IMG/VR virus record: IMGVR_UViG_3300033067_000326
Span: 1-40,418 of that record
DNA from: a virus
Lineage: Duplodnaviria; Caudoviricetes
DNA: 40,418 bases
Strand: one strand, 5' to 3'
Made by a program: the position numbers and the translations under genes. The notes under the pieces were generated by a model, which saw only the letters and a list, made by a program, of their open reading frames with translations, did no database searches and was not told the origin of the DNA. Positions 29,000 through 36,658 of this stretch are shown piece after piece; the stretch's first letter is position 1, and each line of letters opens with the position of its first letter.

Positions 29000-30088
29000 A
29001 TGGCAAAACCATTTGATTTAAGTAAGTTTCGTAAGAGCATTACGAAAAGCATTGAAGGCCTAAGTGTAGGCTTTAACGACCCAACTGACTGGGTAAGTAC
29101 AAACAATTTCGCACTGAACTATCTGATCTCTGGGGACTTTAACAAAGGCATCCCAATGGGCAAGGTTACAGTGTTTGCCGGTGAATCCGGTGCAGGCAAG
29201 AGCTTTATCTGTTCGGGCAACTTGGTTGCTAACGCACAGAAGCAAGGTATCTACCCAATTCTAATTGACACAGAAAACGCCCTTGACGAAGCATGGTTGC
29301 ATGCCCTTGGTGTTGACACAAGTGAAGACAAGCTGTTGAAACTAAACATGGCTATGATTGACGACGTTGCTAAGATGATTAGCGAGTTCGTTAAGGAATA
29401 CAAAGCTATGCCAGAAGACAGCCGCCCCAAAGTCTTGTTCATCCTTGACAGCTTGGGTATGTTGTTGACCCCAACTGACGTTAACCAGTTTAACGCAGGT
29501 GACTTGAAGGGCGACATGGGTCGTAAGCCAAAGGCATTGACTGCATTGGTTCGTAACTGTGTAAACATGTTCGGTGACTTGAACTTGGGTCTAGTTGCAA
29601 CAAACCACACATACGCATCGCAAGATATGTTTGACCCAGATGACAAGATCTCCGGTGGTCAAGGCTTTATCTATGCTAGCTCTATCGTTGTTGCTATGCG
29701 TAAGTTGAAGTTGAAGGAAGACGAAGACGGTAACAAAGTTTCAGAAGTTAAAGGTATTCGTGCAGCATGTAAAATCATGAAGACACGTTACGCCAAGCCT
29801 TTTGAAAGTGTGCAAGTTAAGATTCCTTACGAGACAGGTATGAATCCTTACTCGGGTATGACTGACTTGATCGAAGCCAAAGGTATGTTGAAGAAAGAGG
29901 GTAACAGCCTTGTGTACACAACAGTTGATGGCGAGATTATCAAGAAGTTCCGCAAGGGCTGGGAGCGCAACGATGACGGCTGTTTGGATCATGTCATGAA
30001 GGACATTACCGATAATCCGCACATCTTTGACAAGAGCGTTGCAGAAGAAGCCCCTGCAGAAGCCGTGGACGAACCCGTTACAGAGTAA
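29000..30088 (+). CDS. uvsX: RecA-like recombinase UvsX
   Basis: LNYLISG, GESGAGKS Walker A, IDTENA, ILDSLG Walker B, NHTY, SGGQG..YASS. Confidence 0.93.
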   Translation: MAKPFDLSKFRKSITKSIEGLSVGFNDPTDWVSTNNFALNYLISGDFNKGIPMGKVTVFAGESGAGKSFICSGNLVANAQKQGIYPILIDTENALDEAWLHALGVDTSEDKLLKLNMAMIDDVAKMISEFVKEYKAMPEDSRPKVLFILDSLGMLLTPTDVNQFNAGDLKGDMGRKPKALTALVRNCVNMFGDLNLGLVATNHTYASQDMFDPDDKISGGQGFIYASSIVVAMRKLKLKEDEDGNKVSEVKGIRAACKIMKTRYAKPFESVQVKIPYETGMNPYSGMTDLIEAKGMLKKEGNSLVYTTVDGEIIKKFRKGWERNDDGCLDHVMKDITDNPHIFDKSVAEEAPAEAVDEPVTE

Positions 30089-30090
30089 CT

Positions 30091-30669
30091 ATGGGGCAGT
30101 GCCATCAGCGCATTCCGTTAACCATTTTTCATAACTGGGATACTACAATCTCAGTTATGAAGAAACTCATGCTGTTAAAGCAGCATGCAAGTACCGAAGA
30201 GTTTGGATACGCTATGCACTATAAACTAGGTGCAATTGGCACCTTAAGTGAGCATACATTAAGCGATTCGTGGTATAGATTAGCAGGGCCTGCTATTAAC
30301 AAGACTATGCCGTGGATTGCTGAAATGTTAGAATTGTTTAGTGATCTAACTCCCGACGAAGGCTGTATCAGTTACATGTCTGGCTCAGGTGAAGAGCATA
30401 TCGATCTCCCGCACAACAAAACAGCACTCAATTACATCTTTCATAGCACTGATCCGACTGCATATACCTGGGTCAAAGCAGACAACGGTATTGAGCAGTA
30501 CGTAAGTGATGTTGGTACGGCATGGTTATTAGATGCACACAAGTCTCACGGCATATATAATACTGGAGAGCGATGGAGTTTGAGTATTCATTTTGATCAA
30601 GAATACCATGTAGTTAAACAATGGTTTGACTCCCATCCAAATTTAGTTTTTGGCAACAACAGTAATTAA
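30091..30669 (+). CDS. Double-stranded beta-helix (2OG-Fe/cupin-like) protein
   Basis: EHID (HxD), ALNY, AWLLD...SHGIYN, RWSLSIHF. Confidence 0.5.
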   Translation: MGQCHQRIPLTIFHNWDTTISVMKKLMLLKQHASTEEFGYAMHYKLGAIGTLSEHTLSDSWYRLAGPAINKTMPWIAEMLELFSDLTPDEGCISYMSGSGEEHIDLPHNKTALNYIFHSTDPTAYTWVKADNGIEQYVSDVGTAWLLDAHKSHGIYNTGERWSLSIHFDQEYHVVKQWFDSHPNLVFGNNSN

Positions 30670-30677
30670 GGATAAAC

Positions 30678-30911
30678 ATGAGCATTGAAGTAGATGCACT
30701 AAGCGAAGTGTACACCATTTTAAAACAGTACATTCCGCAAAAAGACAGACAAGAAGCAGCAGACAACCTTATGGGCTTGTTAGTTGATGCGCTTGACGAT
30801 GTATCGTTAAAGGAATTCAGTGGCACCGATGCGGCTTTGGGCAGGGCGTACAAAGAGTACGCAGCAGGCTACGAGGACGACGAAGACATTGATTCAGAAT
30901 ACGAAGACTAA
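30678..30911 (+). CDS. Small acidic hypothetical protein
   Basis: 77 aa, AAGGA RBS. Confidence 0.7.
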   Translation: MSIEVDALSEVYTILKQYIPQKDRQEAADNLMGLLVDALDDVSLKEFSGTDAALGRAYKEYAAGYEDDEDIDSEYED

Positions 30912-30913
30912 GC

Positions 30914-31369
30914 ATGTGGTATAACCGAGTTGTATCGGACTTAGGACAAATTCCTGCGTTCATTGATTACTACGATAAAGAGTTAATTTCGGCCAAGTCC
31001 GAAATTGCGATTCGTGGAAATGTTGAACGTGGGGTTAGTAATCTTCCGGGCCTAACTGAACATAGATTCAACCAACTACAAGAAATTGAAGCGATCTTGA
31101 ACTATTTAAATATTCAGTTGCGAAAAATTCGAACTAAGCATTTCAAAAAGTATCTCGAAGGTTACGCTAGAGCGTTAACTAGTAGAGATGCTGAAAAGTA
31201 TGTGGACGGCGAAGACGAAGTGGTTGATTTTGAAACCATCATTAACGAAGTGGCGCTATTACGAAATAAGTGGTTAGGTGTCATGAAAGGGCTTGAGAGC
31301 AAGAACTTTATGCTAGGGCATGTGGTTCGACTTAGAACAGCTGGGATGGAAGACGTCACCATATCATGA
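30914..31369 (+). CDS. uvsY: Recombination mediator UvsY
   Basis: Coiled coil with KKYLEGY.RALTSRDAEKYVDGE and ..KGLESKNFML..VV.LR.AG; near uvsX. Confidence 0.75.
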   Translation: MWYNRVVSDLGQIPAFIDYYDKELISAKSEIAIRGNVERGVSNLPGLTEHRFNQLQEIEAILNYLNIQLRKIRTKHFKKYLEGYARALTSRDAEKYVDGEDEVVDFETIINEVALLRNKWLGVMKGLESKNFMLGHVVRLRTAGMEDVTIS

Positions 31370-31614
31370 GCTATAAAGAACACGCTAAGGAATTACTTGA
31401 AGAATTTTATTTGTGTGTTAAAGCAAAGCCAAAGCATAACTCTGTTGATTTGCAATTAGAAAAAGATCAATGTGAAAAATTGGCAGGTCGTCTAAATAAT
31501 TTGTTGGCATGGGGGGACGATAGTGAAATTGAAGAAGCATGCCAACAATTTGAACCCCGTTTGAAACGTCTTAAAGAAAAGCTAGTAATTGAAGTATTAA
31601 CACATGGCATTTGA
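31366..31614 (+). CDS. Hypothetical protein
   Basis: 82 aa, ATGA coupling. Confidence 0.65.
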   Translation: MSYKEHAKELLEEFYLCVKAKPKHNSVDLQLEKDQCEKLAGRLNNLLAWGDDSEIEEACQQFEPRLKRLKEKLVIEVLTHGI

Positions 31615-32356
31615 TAACGCATATAGCAGCCATGACCATAGTCGGTATATTTTAGATCTACTTTACGGTTACGACAGCTTCCTTGATAGCCTCGGTGTTA
31701 TTGCAGACTTTGGATGCGGTGCTGGGCTAGACATTGGATGGTGGGCAACCTTAACAACTAGGGAAGATCCGCCGGAGCCCCGGAACTACTTGGTGTACGG
31801 TGTGGACAGGGATATACAGCAAGTAGATCCCTCAGTGAAGTCTATGCCCAACGTTAAGCTGATCCAGGCAGATTTTGAACTAGACATTTCTATTCCTAGA
31901 GCATGTGACTTACTATGGAGTCACGATAGTTTTCAGTATTGCACTAATCCATTACATACGCTAAATCTTTGGAACCAGCAAATGAACGACAATGGTATGC
32001 TGGTCCTGAGCATTCCGCAGAGTACGTATTACTCATATGACAGGTTGCAGAATGTTAGCCACAGTCAGGTCTACTTTAACCACAATATTGTTGGGTTGAT
32101 GTACATGCTTGCAGTAAATGGGTTTGATTGTAAGGATGCATATTTTTGCAAAAATGCAAATGATCCATGGATCTATGCTGCGGTTTATAAAGCAACGCAG
32201 CCCATGGACCCAAAAACAACTAGTTGGCATACGCTAGCAGAAATGAATTTAGTAAACGATTCAGTTAAAGAAAGCCTGCAAAAGTACAACTATGTTAAGC
32301 AAGACGATCTGCTAGTAACGTGGCTTGACAAAGACTATCGCAGATTAAAAGAGTGA
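31604..32356 (+). CDS. Class I SAM-dependent methyltransferase
   Basis: IADFGCGAG motif I, YGVDRD, DLLWSHDSFQY..NP, NGMLVLSIP. Confidence 0.8.
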   Translation: MAFDNAYSSHDHSRYILDLLYGYDSFLDSLGVIADFGCGAGLDIGWWATLTTREDPPEPRNYLVYGVDRDIQQVDPSVKSMPNVKLIQADFELDISIPRACDLLWSHDSFQYCTNPLHTLNLWNQQMNDNGMLVLSIPQSTYYSYDRLQNVSHSQVYFNHNIVGLMYMLAVNGFDCKDAYFCKNANDPWIYAAVYKATQPMDPKTTSWHTLAEMNLVNDSVKESLQKYNYVKQDDLLVTWLDKDYRRLKE

Positions 32357-32359
32357 CGC

Positions 32360-32388
32360 TTGACGCAAACTAGACTAGATGCTATACT
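32360..32388 (+). promoter_or_regulatory. Sigma70-like promoter of first tRNA unit
   Basis: TTGACG-17 nt-TATACT. Confidence 0.75.
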
Positions 32389-32438
32389 TGCGGCTTAGAG
32401 AGAGAGATAGATAAGTATATCTAGATAGGTTGCTTTGT

Positions 32439-32511
<73 letters not shown>

Positions 32512-32538
32512 CAAAGCAACTTACCTCTCAAATAATGT

Positions 32539-32613
32539 CTGGCGTTAGTATAATGGATAATACAGCAAGCTTCTACCTTGCGAATGTGGGTTCGATTCCT
32601 GCACGCCGGACCA
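32539..32613 (+). tRNA. tRNA-Arg(UCU)
   Basis: CTGGCGT/ACGCCGG, GCAAG-CT-TCT-AC-CTTGC, TTCGATT loop, CCA. Confidence 0.9.
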
Positions 32614-32617
32614 AAAT

Positions 32618-33769
32618 ATGTTACACTCACTTGAACAAAATCCAAAATTAGGTTACTACACTGTAGGTACCAACGCTACCCCAATTTACAATAAACTAGA
32701 TGCCCTTGCAATTGCTGAAAAGACAGGTGCAGTAGTTAATTGGAATTTCAACAGTCATGCTTTCGGCAGTCTTGATTGGACTAAAGAGCCCGAAACTGAT
32801 ATAGACACTTTTTACAGAATACGTGCGCAACAGTTGCGCGATCGTTATGACTACTTGATACTGAACTACAGTGGCGGAGTAGACAGCACAAACGTATTGT
32901 ATTCGTTCCTGAAAAATGGAATACACTTAGATGAAGTGGTAGTTCGTCATCCCGAATCGGCCCTGCGAGATGTTAACATACATACTGACAGCAGCGGCGC
33001 AGCTAATACTATCTCCGAATACGAATACGCAGTAAAACCTCGACTGCAATGGATTAGGGACAATTATCCTAACGTAAAAATAACTGTACATGACTACTTT
33101 GACAGTATGGTTAATGAGGAAATTGATGAGTCATGGATTTATCTAGCTCGTGACTTTTTTCACCCGGGGCTAATTAAGAGATATAGCAATTTAGGGCTCC
33201 GCAGCATGCTAGATCTATACGACAAAGGGAAGACAGTAGGAATCATATTTGGGATAGACAAGCCCAGATTGTATTTTGATCACACTAGCGACAAGTACTT
33301 CTCTTACTTCTTAGACATTGTTGCAAACACTGCAATTAGTGAAAATGGGCAGTACAGTAACATTGCAACTGAGTTCTTTTACTGGACACCCGACTTACCC
33401 GAGATGGTAGTAAAACAAGCGCACATGCTCAAGAAATGGTATACCGCAAATCCGCAGTATAGATCATTGATTGAACTGTATAAGCCTATTGTAGGAGATT
33501 CGCTTGCGTTTGTTGAACGCAGCATTGTGGCTCCTATTGTTTACCCATCAACGCCTAATGTATTTCAATGCGACAAACCGTTTAACTCGATCTTCTCGGA
33601 ACACGATGCATGGTTCTTTGAGCACCACATAGACTCAAAGCCCGGGCAAGTTTGGAGAAGTGGTGTAAATGAACTGCTAAATAATTTTTCAAAGCACATA
33701 CGATTTAATCCCAACGGAAGCCCAGCAGGAGTTAAACTGTTCTGGAGCAAACTATACTCTCTACAATAA
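32618..33769 (+). CDS. PP-loop (adenine nucleotide alpha-hydrolase-like) ATPase, paralog 1
   Basis: LNYSGGVDS; shares GYY.VG, DW..EP, RA.Q.R..YDY, G.DK, EFFYW.PD.P, KQAH with ORF 34598. Confidence 0.75.
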   Translation: MLHSLEQNPKLGYYTVGTNATPIYNKLDALAIAEKTGAVVNWNFNSHAFGSLDWTKEPETDIDTFYRIRAQQLRDRYDYLILNYSGGVDSTNVLYSFLKNGIHLDEVVVRHPESALRDVNIHTDSSGAANTISEYEYAVKPRLQWIRDNYPNVKITVHDYFDSMVNEEIDESWIYLARDFFHPGLIKRYSNLGLRSMLDLYDKGKTVGIIFGIDKPRLYFDHTSDKYFSYFLDIVANTAISENGQYSNIATEFFYWTPDLPEMVVKQAHMLKKWYTANPQYRSLIELYKPIVGDSLAFVERSIVAPIVYPSTPNVFQCDKPFNSIFSEHDAWFFEHHIDSKPGQVWRSGVNELLNNFSKHIRFNPNGSPAGVKLFWSKLYSLQ

Positions 33770-33770
33770 T

Positions 33771-34430
33771 ATGAAAATCGAAAAAACAATTGACCAATGG
33801 AACACCATGTACCCAGCAGGTGCATTCTTAGTTGAACAGAACATCCCCTTAGTCTTGCCCGAGTTTTGCAAATATGCAAGCGTCTACGGATACTGTTTTG
33901 GTGACACTACTATCGAAATTGATGGAAAATTGCACAACCTAGAAAAAGGTCAGTACTTTGGGCTATTTGTCAATCAGACTTGCAAAGTAGCAACCGCTGA
34001 CAAATGCTTTATTGCTGTGCGTCTTGGATACAAGGTACAAAACCAAATCGGATGGATCGAAGACAAAGGGCGACTAACGTACATTGATGGATGCAGCGAT
34101 AGTCTTTTAGTGTATCCTGCCCGTTTAGGCGATTCGAGCTTGAACTTATTGTATTTTCCTGCTAACATTAACCAATCGTTCCACACACACCCTAGCATTA
34201 GGTTAGGATGTGTAGCAAGTGGTTCGGGATTTAGCGATGCAGGGGATGCTGGCGGAGTTACAGAGAACACGTTATCTGAGGGTGTTGTATTTTGTTTAGA
34301 AGAACAAGAGCGCCATAGATTCCGCACAAGCAATTCGCCGATGACGGTTATTGCATTCCACCCAGACGGTGATTGGGGCCCAACAGACCATAATCACACT
34401 ATGCTAAACCGTACCTATATTCAAAAGTAA
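33771..34430 (+). CDS. Cupin-domain protein
   Basis: QSFHTHPSIRLG, E..RHRFRT, VIAFHPDGDWGPTD.NH.M. Confidence 0.7.
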   Translation: MKIEKTIDQWNTMYPAGAFLVEQNIPLVLPEFCKYASVYGYCFGDTTIEIDGKLHNLEKGQYFGLFVNQTCKVATADKCFIAVRLGYKVQNQIGWIEDKGRLTYIDGCSDSLLVYPARLGDSSLNLLYFPANINQSFHTHPSIRLGCVASGSGFSDAGDAGGVTENTLSEGVVFCLEEQERHRFRTSNSPMTVIAFHPDGDWGPTDHNHTMLNRTYIQK

Positions 34431-34453
34431 GTTTTGTTGAGATAAATATCTGT

Positions 34454-34492
34454 ATGATCCATTTTACTATTAACTACATACGAATATCCTAA
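34454..34492 (+). CDS. Putative Ile-rich regulatory micro-ORF MIHFTINYIRIS
   Basis: 5 nt after ATAAATA (34442-48); Ile codons ATC, ATT, ATA, ATA; ends 11 nt before tRNA-Ile(UAU). Confidence 0.45.
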   Translation: MIHFTINYIRIS

Positions 34493-34503
34493 TCAGCAGA
34501 TTT

Positions 34504-34595
34504 AGGAGCGTAGTTTAACGGTAAAACAGCGGATTTATATCCCGTGTGCAACAGATAATTGGCCAATGTCGGTTCGACTCCGGCCGCTCCTACCA
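34504..34595 (+). tRNA. tRNA-Ile(UAU)-like with 22-nt variable region
   Basis: AGGAGCG/CGCTCCT, D stem GTTT/AAAC, GCGGA-TT-TAT-AT-CCCGT, GTCGG-TTCGACT-CCGGC, A-CCA. Confidence 0.8.
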
Positions 34596-34597
34596 AT

Positions 34598-35860
34598 ATG
34601 CAACCCACCCTTTTAACATATAGCAGACAAGATAAGTTTGGATACTATCTTGTTGGTAACGACATTAAGACTTACAGTAAAGTAGAAGCAGTTGAAGTAT
34701 CAAACAGATTGCGTAAACCTTTTAGATGGGTGTTCAACGAGGATGTGTTTTTAAACTTTGACTGGAAGACTGAGCCAACTGAATCCCTTGATGAGCTTTA
34801 CACACAGCGGGCACACCAAATAAGAGAGCAATACGACTACATTGTTATTTGGTACAGCGGCGGTGCTGACAGCCACAATGTGTTACAGAGTTTTATTAAG
34901 AACAACATTTTCGTAGATGAAATTGCACAATTTCATAGCCACGATGGAGACAAGACCTGGGACTCGTACCTAAACGCCGAAGTAGAGAAAGTGGCAATAC
35001 CAGTAACCCAAGAATTGCTAAATTCTATGCCTGGGACCAAGCACAGGGTAGTGGACTTAACAGAATTAGTGGGTAACTTATACAACACAGGCACCAATGC
35101 ACATGACTTCATATACATGTCCAACAAAGTGTTTGCCCCGAACCAGCTAGCTAGAACCTACCTACGTGAACGAATTGCAGACTATCAAGAGCTAATTAAA
35201 AGCGGAAAGAGAGTTTGCTTTGTTTGGGGTGCAGATAAGATCCGTGTCCACCAAGCCGGTGATCGCTACTATGTACACTTCTTGGACTTCATTGATGCAT
35301 ACGGTGTTGGTCCGAGAACACAGCAGCTAAACCGTGATGGGGAGTTTGACGAGTTGTTCTACTGGAGCCCGGATTGTCCAAAATTGATTGCAAAGCAAGC
35401 CCATTTAGTTAAGAACTACCTTCAACATCCCCCAGCAGACGAAATAAACAGCAGATGGCTATCTAATTCGCTCGAAGAGACTTGCACACAATGGACTGGT
35501 CGTCGTATACTACTTCAAAGCAGTCCAACACCAGGTACTGAAGATCAAAAGATGTTCATAACACGGGACGGGTTACACAGGATAATTTATCCTCACTGGG
35601 ATCCGGACACGTTTACGCTAGGGAAACCGGCGAGCAGCATCTTTACTCCTCGAGACGGGTGGTGGCTAAAAGACTCCAATGGGGAATTCCAAAAGAAGTA
35701 CCTAGCGGGAATAGTTAAACTTAGACAGATTCTTGGACTACCCGGAAAGACTCCGGCTAGCATGGACTATGGGATCGAATCAATGATGACAATAGCCAAT
35801 GGCGACATGTCGACACTGAATGTTCGCCCAATGTACAGCCCAAGATATTGGTTAAACTAA
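34598..35860 (+). CDS. PP-loop ATPase, paralog 2
   Basis: IWYSGGADS; start moved to ATG 34598 because the TTG at 34559 lies inside the tRNA. Confidence 0.75.
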   Translation: MQPTLLTYSRQDKFGYYLVGNDIKTYSKVEAVEVSNRLRKPFRWVFNEDVFLNFDWKTEPTESLDELYTQRAHQIREQYDYIVIWYSGGADSHNVLQSFIKNNIFVDEIAQFHSHDGDKTWDSYLNAEVEKVAIPVTQELLNSMPGTKHRVVDLTELVGNLYNTGTNAHDFIYMSNKVFAPNQLARTYLRERIADYQELIKSGKRVCFVWGADKIRVHQAGDRYYVHFLDFIDAYGVGPRTQQLNRDGEFDELFYWSPDCPKLIAKQAHLVKNYLQHPPADEINSRWLSNSLEETCTQWTGRRILLQSSPTPGTEDQKMFITRDGLHRIIYPHWDPDTFTLGKPASSIFTPRDGWWLKDSNGEFQKKYLAGIVKLRQILGLPGKTPASMDYGIESMMTIANGDMSTLNVRPMYSPRYWLN

Positions 35861-35895
35861 TTTGTCAAAAAGATAAATAAATTTGTCGACAGAGG

Positions 35896-35924
35896 TTGAC
35901 ACAAAAGGTAAATAAATATACAAT
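35896..35924 (+). promoter_or_regulatory. Strong sigma70-like promoter with embedded late promoter
   Basis: TTGACA-17 nt-TACAAT; ATAAATA at 35912-18. Confidence 0.8.
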
Positions 35925-35931
35925 AGGACTT

Positions 35932-36078
35932 ATGATGCAAAACACATTTAATCATTCGCTAAAACAACAACAGCCCGGATTAGGCATGTCAGCCTATTGG
36001 TCTTTGTTTGCGACGATTAATAGTGATCGCGCACCAGAGATTCGACCAGGGTTCCAAGAAGGAGCAGGTTACGCATAA
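35932..36078 (+). CDS. Putative attenuator leader peptide (48 aa)
   Basis: ATG 7 nt after the -10 box; codons 39-42 (CCAGGGTTCC) complementary to the 5' arm of the downstream terminator. Confidence 0.65.
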   Translation: MMQNTFNHSLKQQQPGLGMSAYWSLFATINSDRAPEIRPGFQEGAGYA

Positions 36079-36099
36079 CGCATAACAAGCACCCAAAAA

Positions 36100-36137
36100 G
36101 GAACCCTAGGATTAAAAACCCTAGGGTTTTTTGTTTT
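36100..36137 (+). terminator. Intrinsic terminator (attenuator)
   Basis: GGAACCCTAGG(36100-110)/CCTAGGGTTTT(36120-130) then TTGTTTT. Confidence 0.85.
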
Positions 36138-36148
36138 GTAAAGGAATT

Positions 36149-36307
36149 ATGAAGAAGATTGATTTAAAAAAACGTATGCGTGAAGTGAGGTTCGTTACTG
36201 AGAATGTACTAACCCCAGAACAACGTACAAAGTTGATTCAGGATAAGTTAGATCGTGCTCAAGTCGAGTTTGACAAACGCAAACAATTGAATCGAACTTA
36301 CGCATAG
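36149..36307 (+). CDS. Small basic protein (52 aa, absent from ORF track)
   Basis: AAGGA RBS; MKKIDLKKRMREVRFVTENVLTPEQRTKLIQDKLDRAQVEFDKRKQLNRTYA. Confidence 0.7.
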   Translation: MKKIDLKKRMREVRFVTENVLTPEQRTKLIQDKLDRAQVEFDKRKQLNRTYA

Positions 36308-36313
36308 TTTAAC

Positions 36314-36477
36314 AGTGTTAATAAGACCTATATGGCCAGGTAACGAGGACCTGAAAGAACACTATAATAATCTTTAAACGGGCGGACAGGATACATGAAT
36401 GGCATGGTGAGAACGTGCCGAGTAAGACTCCTGGTTAGGGTATTGACCCTAACATATCCAGCAGCAATGCTGGGTAT
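36314..36477 (+). ncRNA. Putative structured RNA (four adjacent stem-loops)
   Basis: AGTGTT/AACACT, CAGGA/TCCTG enclosing TGGCAT/GTGCCG, GTTAGGG/CCCTAAC, ATATCCAGCA-GCAA-TGCTGGGTAT. Confidence 0.5.
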
Positions 36478-36579
36478 TCTAAAACGTGCTAGATGAACAA
36501 TATATATATTTGAACCATATAATTATAGATCTTGCAGCACCGGTTAATGCAAGTTCGCCCTAGCACGTTTTAGAATACC
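36473..36579 (+). repeat. Perfect 20-bp inverted repeat enclosing 67 nt (putative RNA closing stem)
   Basis: GGTATTCTAAAACGTGCTAG (36473-92) / CTAGCACGTTTTAGAATACC (36560-79). Confidence 0.85.
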
Positions 36580-36650
36580 TTATGGATGAATATGAAACTA
36601 TCCTTTTGACGGGTAGTTTGTCCGGACCATTGCGCCGGAAACCATAGGGG
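36578..36650 (+). ncRNA. Putative three-way-junction RNA
   Basis: CCTTATGG/CCATAGGG closing stem; AAACTATCC/GGGTAGTTT and TCCGG/CCGGA hairpins. Confidence 0.45.
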
Positions 36651-36658
36651 ATATAATT

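Noticed and set aside
34527-34546. Reading the 34504 tRNA as a UUA ochre suppressor, implying stop-codon recoding
   Set aside because: Stem register places TAT at positions 34-36; TAA, TGA and TAG all end genes here, and long conserved ORFs are intact in the standard code.
32618-35860. Calling the PP-loop proteins TilS
   Set aside because: Only SGGxDS is shared; TilS motifs such as AR..RY and H..DD..ET are not visible.
36025-36039. RAP in the leader peptide as a RAPP/RAGP-type arrest motif
   Set aside because: The sequence is RAPE; a three-residue match is too weak without conservation data.
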